This document shows positions 59,047 to 64,000 of a stretch of 64,000 nucleotides of DNA, piece by piece; positions within the stretch are counted from its first letter, which is position 1; each line of letters opens with the position of its first letter. This DNA comes from Arcobacteraceae bacterium (GTDB lineage Bacteria; Campylobacterota; Campylobacteria; Campylobacterales; Arcobacteraceae). Under the pieces are notes generated by a model, which saw only the letters and a program-made list of their open reading frames with translations, made no database searches and had not been told where the DNA came from. The translations under genes and the position numbers were made by a program. The stretch is taken from contig JAOZJU010000001.1 in assembly GCA_029935705.1 (NCBI GenBank), positions 162 to 64,161 of the forward strand, read 5' to 3'.

Positions 59047-59782
59047 CTTAAGATTAAAAACATTTGCTTTTTTCTCATCTTTGACTATCTGTTTTAGTTT
59101 TTTGGCTTTATTAAATACATATGTATTTGAGGGGAAAACGAGACAAATAACAACCAAACAACAAACAGTCATAGAGTTAGAGCTCATAGATGAGATAAAA
59201 AAAGATAGCAAAAAACAAGTGGTCAAAAAAAAGACAGCAAAAAATATCAAAATCAAAGATATCAAAACAGCAAAAAAGTCTGCATCTAAAACAAACAAAA
59301 AAACATCAAGTATAAAATCACTCTTTAGCAAGGTAAAAACTAAAGCAAAAAAAGCTACAAAAAAGGTAGTGACAAATAGAAAAAAAAGTGAAGCTACAAG
59401 TGTCAACAAAGCAAAAAAAGAGAAACAAGAGAAAAAGACAAAAGTGAAAAAGGTATCAAACAACATAAATAGCAACAACAAAAAAAGTGCATCGGCAAAT
59501 GTACAAAACAGTGGAGCTACGGACGAATACTATTCAAAGATATATCAAATATTATCAAGTAGATGGAGACCATTTGAAATCAATGGTGATTATAAAGCAG
59601 TAATTATAGTATACATCTCAAATAGTGGTAAATTTACATATAGATTTGAAAAGTATTCTGACAATATGAATTATGACAATCAGCTTATGAGATTTTTGGA
59701 TTCTCAAACATACAAAACATTTCCAATAAGCAAACAAAAAACAAATGTAACAGTAGCAGTTACATTTGAAACAAAAAATTAA
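59039..59782 (+). CDS. TolA/TonB-like energy-transducer protein with a lysine-rich linker
   Basis: N-terminal TM, a ~110-aa K-rich low-complexity linker and a C-terminal ~85-aa TonB_C/TolA-like domain. It lies between tolR-like and tolB. Confidence 0.65.
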   Translation: MNSLRLKTFAFFSSLTICFSFLALLNTYVFEGKTRQITTKQQTVIELELIDEIKKDSKKQVVKKKTAKNIKIKDIKTAKKSASKTNKKTSSIKSLFSKVKTKAKKATKKVVTNRKKSEATSVNKAKKEKQEKKTKVKKVSNNINSNNKKSASANVQNSGATDEYYSKIYQILSSRWRPFEINGDYKAVIIVYISNSGKFTYRFEKYSDNMNYDNQLMRFLDSQTYKTFPISKQKTNVTVAVTFETKN

Positions 59783-59791
59783 AGGATAAAT

Positions 59792-61060
59792 ATGAAAAGA
59801 ATATTAATTATATTATCTATAGTATTGATAGCAAACTTATTTGCTGATAAAGTATCTATGGAGATAGTCAAAAAGAGAAAAGGCATACCAAATGTCTATA
59901 TAAATATAATATCAAAAGATGCAAAACAGATAGCAGGACATATCAAAAAGATGATAAAAAGAGATCTGTTGATAAGTAGCCACTTTCTAAACAAAGAGAT
60001 AAACTACAAAATAGCCTTTGAAGCAACACCAAACTTCAAAACACTACAAAGAGAAAAAATTGACCTATATGTAAATCTACAAATAAACAAAAAGTTTAAA
60101 AATGGTTTATCATTAAGAATGAGACTGTACGATACAAATGCAAATGAACTAGTAGCAAGAAATAGTTTTGATGTTCAAAACAAAACAAAATATCCATTTT
60201 TGTCACATAAAATTGCTATACTTATAAACAGACTATACAATGCACCTCCAATTGATTGGATGGACAGATATGTGATATTTGCAAAATACAACAAAGCAAA
60301 AAACTCATCGATTGTTATATCTGATTATACTTTGACATATCAAAAAACAATCATAAAAGGTGGTTTAAATATATTTCCAAAATGGGCAAACAAATACCAA
60401 AGTAGCTTTTATTATACCAAATTTTTTGATGGAACTCCAGTTTTGATGAAAAAAAATATATATACAGGCAAAAATGAAAAAATAGTTAGCTCTCAAGGTA
60501 TGTTGGTATGTTCAGATGTAAGTGCCGATGGCAACAGATTGGTGCTTACGATGGCTCCAAATTCTCAACCTGATATATATATTTATGACATAAAAGCAAA
60601 AACAAAAAAAAGAATTACAAATTATAGTGGCATAGATGTTGGAGGTAGTTTTGTTGAAAATGATTCAAAGATAGTTTTTGTATCAAATAGATTAAGACAT
60701 CCAAATATATTTAGCAAAAAGATAGGCTCAAAAGCGGTTCGTCGACTTGTATTTCATAGCAGAAACAACAGTGCTGTTACTACATATAAAAACTATATAG
60801 CATATAGTAGCAAAGAGTCAAACACAGCTTATGGCACATATGCTTTTAATATATATCTAATATCTACGACAAATAGTTTTATAAGCAGACTTACTACAAA
60901 AGGGGTAAATCAGTTTCCAAGATTTTCAAACGATGGCGAATCTTTGTTGTTTATAAAAAAATACAAAAATAGAAGTTATGTAGGCATATCAAGGCTAAAT
61001 TATAACAAAAGTTATACTTTTCCACTTAAAAGTGGAAAGTTACAGTCAATTGACTGGTAG
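59792..61060 (+). CDS. tolB: Tol-Pal system beta-propeller protein TolB
   Basis: Signal peptide, an N-terminal alpha/beta domain, then WD40-like blades (SADGNRLVLTMAP, PDIYIYD, FSNDGESLLF). Confidence 0.85.
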   Translation: MKRILIILSIVLIANLFADKVSMEIVKKRKGIPNVYINIISKDAKQIAGHIKKMIKRDLLISSHFLNKEINYKIAFEATPNFKTLQREKIDLYVNLQINKKFKNGLSLRMRLYDTNANELVARNSFDVQNKTKYPFLSHKIAILINRLYNAPPIDWMDRYVIFAKYNKAKNSSIVISDYTLTYQKTIIKGGLNIFPKWANKYQSSFYYTKFFDGTPVLMKKNIYTGKNEKIVSSQGMLVCSDVSADGNRLVLTMAPNSQPDIYIYDIKAKTKKRITNYSGIDVGGSFVENDSKIVFVSNRLRHPNIFSKKIGSKAVRRLVFHSRNNSAVTTYKNYIAYSSKESNTAYGTYAFNIYLISTTNSFISRLTTKGVNQFPRFSNDGESLLFIKKYKNRSYVGISRLNYNKSYTFPLKSGKLQSIDW

Positions 61061-61123
61061 TTTAAACTCTTTTTAAGCTAAACTATTGTATAATACGATT
61101 ATCTTAAAGGAAAGGAAAAAAAG

Positions 61124-61657
61124 ATGATAGGAAAACTAAGTTTTTATATGTTTTTAGTTATGATGCTTCTATTTTCAGGCTGTAGTCAAAAAGACCCTGG
61201 TTTTGATGATGAAACAACTGACGAGATGGTAGATGATGAATTAGCTGAGGATATAGAATCAGATGACGATCTTCTGGATGATGACGAGCTTGCTGATGAT
61301 GAGCTTGGTCTTGATGACGAAGAAGTAGGTTCAGGAGATGCAGGAAATATATATTTTGCATTTGACAAGTTCTACATATCTGGATCTATGCAAAATGTTG
61401 TTAGTTCAAATGTCGAAGCTGCAAGCGGTGCTTCAAGTATCAAACTTGAAGGTAACTGTGATGAGTGGGGAACAGATGAATACAACTATGCACTTGGACT
61501 AAAAAGAGCAAATAGTGTCAAAAATGCTATGATATCTGAAGGTGCTGATGCATCTGCTATATCAATAGTAAGTTTTGGTGAGAGTAATCCAACTTGTTCA
61601 ACAAAAGCTGAATCGTGTTGGAAACTAAACAGAAGAGTCGAAACAAAAATTAGATAA
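61124..61657 (+). CDS. pal: Peptidoglycan-associated lipoprotein (OmpA-like), copy 1, with a hyper-acidic linker
   Basis: Lipobox LLFSGCSQ. The core IYFAFDKF...LEGNCDEWGTDEYNYALGLKRANSV...NRRVE is close to my recollection of C. jejuni Omp18/Pal. Confidence 0.9.
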   Translation: MIGKLSFYMFLVMMLLFSGCSQKDPGFDDETTDEMVDDELAEDIESDDDLLDDDELADDELGLDDEEVGSGDAGNIYFAFDKFYISGSMQNVVSSNVEAASGASSIKLEGNCDEWGTDEYNYALGLKRANSVKNAMISEGADASAISIVSFGESNPTCSTKAESCWKLNRRVETKIR

Positions 61658-61701
61658 TATCTATTTTTGTATCAATATTATATAAAAAAAAAGGAAAAAA
61701 A

Positions 61702-62187
61702 ATGAAATTAAAATTAACATTATTATCGCTATTAATGGCGATGTTCGTATTTAGTGGTTGTGCTGATAAAGCGGCAGATACTCCAGCAGAAGAACCAACA
61801 GCTGATGAGGTAACAGAAGAAACAACAGAAGAAGCAACTGAAGAGGTTGTAACAGATGCTGTTCAAGAAGCAAACAAAGTATTTTTTGAGTTTGATAGAT
61901 ATGATGTAACTGAAGATATGGTAGAAAATATCAAAGGTGCAGCGGTTGTAGTAAGCAATGCTACATCTATTGTTCTTGAAGGAAACTGTGATGAGAGAGG
62001 TTCAGATGAGTACAATCAAGCTCTTGGACTAAAAAGAGCAAAAAGTGTTTTAGATGCTTTAGTAGCTGAAGGTGCAGATGCAAGCAAAATAACAACTGTA
62101 AGTTTTGGTGAAGGAAACCCAACTTGTGAAGAGTTAACAGAAGATTGTTATGCTCAAAATAGAAGAGTTGAAGTAAAAGTAAAATAA
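61702..62187 (+). CDS. Peptidoglycan-associated lipoprotein (OmpA-like), copy 2 (tandem paralog)
   Basis: Lipobox VFSGCAD and an E/T-rich linker. Core VFFEFDRY...LEGNCDERGSDEYNQALGLKRAKSV...NRRVE. Confidence 0.9.
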   Translation: MKLKLTLLSLLMAMFVFSGCADKAADTPAEEPTADEVTEETTEEATEEVVTDAVQEANKVFFEFDRYDVTEDMVENIKGAAVVVSNATSIVLEGNCDERGSDEYNQALGLKRAKSVLDALVAEGADASKITTVSFGEGNPTCEELTEDCYAQNRRVEVKVK

Positions 62188-62191
62188 ATTA

Positions 62192-63109
62192 GTGTTTTTA
62201 AAAACAACGATAATTTTAACGATAGTATCTCTTTGCCTATTAAATGGCAAAGAGGTATCTGTCTTTGGTGCGGGGGATATTAATTCTAAAAATCCATACG
62301 GTTTAAATAGCACTCAAAAACAAGTATTAAACAACAAAAAAAATATCAAAGATATTTTAATCGATATAAATCACCTCAAAAATTCAGTTCAAAAATCAAA
62401 CGAAGATTTAGAAGGTTTAAGGTCAGTCATTGAAGATAATTCAAACAGACTAAATGACCCAAATCAAATAAATGCAAAACAAAAAAACAGTTTGTTGATT
62501 CAAGAAAATAAAGATAGTTTAGAAACTATCAAAAGTGTTATAAAACAACTTTTGAATGAGCAAGCAAAAATAGCGATAACTCAAGATAAAATTTTAGAAA
62601 AAATTCAACAAAATGAAGATCTAAAAAAAGAGAATAATGGCAAAACCGTTGTGAAGAACGACAAAAAAGTGACAAAAAAAAGTGACAAGAAAGATGCTCA
62701 AAAAGATAGCAAAAAATCAAAAAGCAAACAATCAAACACTCAAACCATCAAAGCAAACAGCAAATCATTTACACAAGCAAAAACTCTATATAAAAAAGAG
62801 TATTATACAAAAGCTATACCTATGTTTGAGTTGTTTGTAGAAGAAAAATACAAACCATCTGAATCAAACTTTTATTTAGGACAGATGTGGTTTAAAAGAA
62901 CTAAATACAATAAAGCAATAGAGTTTTATAAAAAAAGTGCTACACTGCACGACAAAGGTTGGTGGATGCCTCAACTTTTATTAAATAGTGCAATATCATT
63001 TGAAAAGTTAAATGACTTAGATAACTCTGCTACATTTTATAGCACACTTATTGATCTCTACCCAAACTCAAACGAAGCAAAAATAGCAAAAAAAAATATA
63101 AATAAATAA
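62192..63109 (+). CDS. cpoB: Tol-Pal system protein CpoB/YbgF-like (coiled coil + TPR)
   Basis: GTG start, signal peptide and an N-terminal coiled coil. C-terminal TPR repeats (YYTKAIPMFE, NFYLGQMWFKRTKYNKAIEFYKK, YPNSNEAKIAKK). It lies after pal. Confidence 0.7.
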   Translation: MFLKTTIILTIVSLCLLNGKEVSVFGAGDINSKNPYGLNSTQKQVLNNKKNIKDILIDINHLKNSVQKSNEDLEGLRSVIEDNSNRLNDPNQINAKQKNSLLIQENKDSLETIKSVIKQLLNEQAKIAITQDKILEKIQQNEDLKKENNGKTVVKNDKKVTKKSDKKDAQKDSKKSKSKQSNTQTIKANSKSFTQAKTLYKKEYYTKAIPMFELFVEEKYKPSESNFYLGQMWFKRTKYNKAIEFYKKSATLHDKGWWMPQLLLNSAISFEKLNDLDNSATFYSTLIDLYPNSNEAKIAKKNINK

Positions 63110-63120
63110 AAAGGAAAAAA

Positions 63121-63687
63121 ATGAAAATCCAAAACAACAAAGTAGTCTCTATAGAATATACACTATATGATGCAAACACAAAAGAACAACTTGATACAAA
63201 TGTAGGTAAAGAACCTTTATCCTACATATCTGGCAAAGGTCATATAATACAAGGACTTGAAACAGCTTTGATAGGGTTAGAACCATCAGAAAAAACAGAT
63301 GTCAAAATAGACCCAAAAGATGCTTATGGTGAAATAGACAATGAAGCTGTCCAAGAGGTGCCAAAAGAGCAGTTTGCTGATATTGATATCAAAGTTGGTA
63401 TGACACTTTATGGAACTGGCGAACATGGAGAGACGACACAAGTGATTGTCAAAGATATCAAAGATGATAAAGTGGTGGTTGATTTTAATCACCCATTAGC
63501 AGGAAAGACACTTATGTTTTCAGTTCTTGTAACTTCAGTGAGAGATGCTACTGAAGATGAGTTAGCTACTGCTACAGTTGGTGGCAAAGTAGGCGAAGGT
63601 TGTGGCTGTGGAAATGGTGGTGGAGGTTGTGAAGATAATCAAAAAAATGAACACTCTCATTCAAATGGCGGATGTTGTAGTTCATGA
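63121..63687 (+). CDS. slyD: FKBP-type peptidyl-prolyl isomerase SlyD with a Cys/Gly/His-rich tail
   Basis: VVSIEYTLYD, an IF-domain insert, DFNHPLAGKTL, and the tail GEGCGCGNGGGGCEDNQKNEHSHSNGGCCSS. Confidence 0.9.
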   Translation: MKIQNNKVVSIEYTLYDANTKEQLDTNVGKEPLSYISGKGHIIQGLETALIGLEPSEKTDVKIDPKDAYGEIDNEAVQEVPKEQFADIDIKVGMTLYGTGEHGETTQVIVKDIKDDKVVVDFNHPLAGKTLMFSVLVTSVRDATEDELATATVGGKVGEGCGCGNGGGGCEDNQKNEHSHSNGGCCSS

Positions 63688-64000
63688 CAAAAAAAAATAT
63701 ATCCTTGATTTTTCCTGGACAAGGAAGTCAAAAAATAGGTATGTGCAAAGATTTTTTTGATAACAACAATATAGCAAAAGAGATGATAAAAGAAGCTAGC
63801 GATAGAATATCTGTGGATTTTAAAAAACTTATGTTTGAAGAAAATGATCTTTTAAAAGAGACAAAATATACTCAACCAGCGATACTTTTAACTAGCTGTA
63901 TAGCATATGAACTATTTAAGCAAAGGTGCGATATAGAACCAGATTTTGTATTGGGTCATTCGCTTGGTGAGTTTAGTGCTATTGTAGCATCTAAAGCTAT
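63684..64000 (+). CDS. fabD: Malonyl CoA-ACP transacylase (3'-truncated by the window edge)
   Basis: ATG overlaps the slyD stop as ATGA. The translation includes FPGQGSQKIGM and GHSLGEFSA (active-site Ser). The frame is open to the end of the window. Confidence 0.9.
   Translation, partial: MTKKNISLIFPGQGSQKIGMCKDFFDNNNIAKEMIKEASDRISVDFKKLMFEENDLLKETKYTQPAILLTSCIAYELFKQRCDIEPDFVLGHSLGEFSAIVASKA

Noticed and set aside
58990-59481. 163-aa F-rich ORF antisense to the tolR-like and TolA-like genes.
   Set aside because: It is the reverse-complement reading of the lysine-rich (AAA/AAG) linker, giving poly-Phe/Leu. This is an artefact of low-complexity sequence.
61158-61368. Two short antisense ORFs (Ser/His/Gln-rich) across the acidic linker of pal copy 1.
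   Set aside because: They are the reverse reading of GAT/GAA repeats. They have no signals and sit inside a confident CDS.

Overview
Visibly AT-rich chromosomal segment; composition was not computed. Gene content and order look like Campylobacterota (epsilonproteobacteria). Two runs match what I remember of C. jejuni and H. pylori: rppH-lysC-hobA-holB-folP, and atpF'FHAGDC-tolQ/R/A-like-tolB-pal-cpoB-slyD-fabD. The tatD-SLT-rlpA-kdsC-lptC-lptA-engB block also matches. About 90% of the window is tightly packed housekeeping genes, often joined by 4-nt ATGA overlaps. They cover thiamine, histidine, purine and pyrimidine metabolism, CoA, folate, transketolase, heme, F1Fo ATPase, LPS transport, Tol-Pal, PBP1A, HtrA and HslU. 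Two RNA genes missed by the ORF track are supported: tRNA-Asn(GTT) at 15640-15714 and a small SRP (4.5S) RNA at about 18422-18525 (minus strand) with its own extended -10. I saw no rRNA, CRISPR array, transposase, integrase, phage gene or recognisable defence gene. The only accessory-looking block is about 34.3-42.6 kb, between hemC and glmS. It holds an RND(HAE3/MMPL-like) + beta-barrel + LolA-like trio, and the transporter gene contains a (CAAAAAA)x4 heptanucleotide repeat. It also holds a DUF285/BspA-type lipoprotein and a divergently transcribed 872-aa secreted protein (HExxH peptidase-MA-like head, repeat middle, OMP-like C-terminus). These are my best candidates for an undescribed envelope system, but the evidence is architecture and motifs only. 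Other points worth a second look:
- a ferredoxin:thioredoxin-reductase-like/rhodanese fusion at the left edge
- a YfgM-like + BamB-like lipoprotein pair
- tandem pal paralogs with hyper-acidic linkers
- hslU without an adjacent hslV
- two leaderless-type promoter-ATG arrangements
- a probable non-canonical carB start
All homology statements come from reading the translated ORFs, not from database searches.
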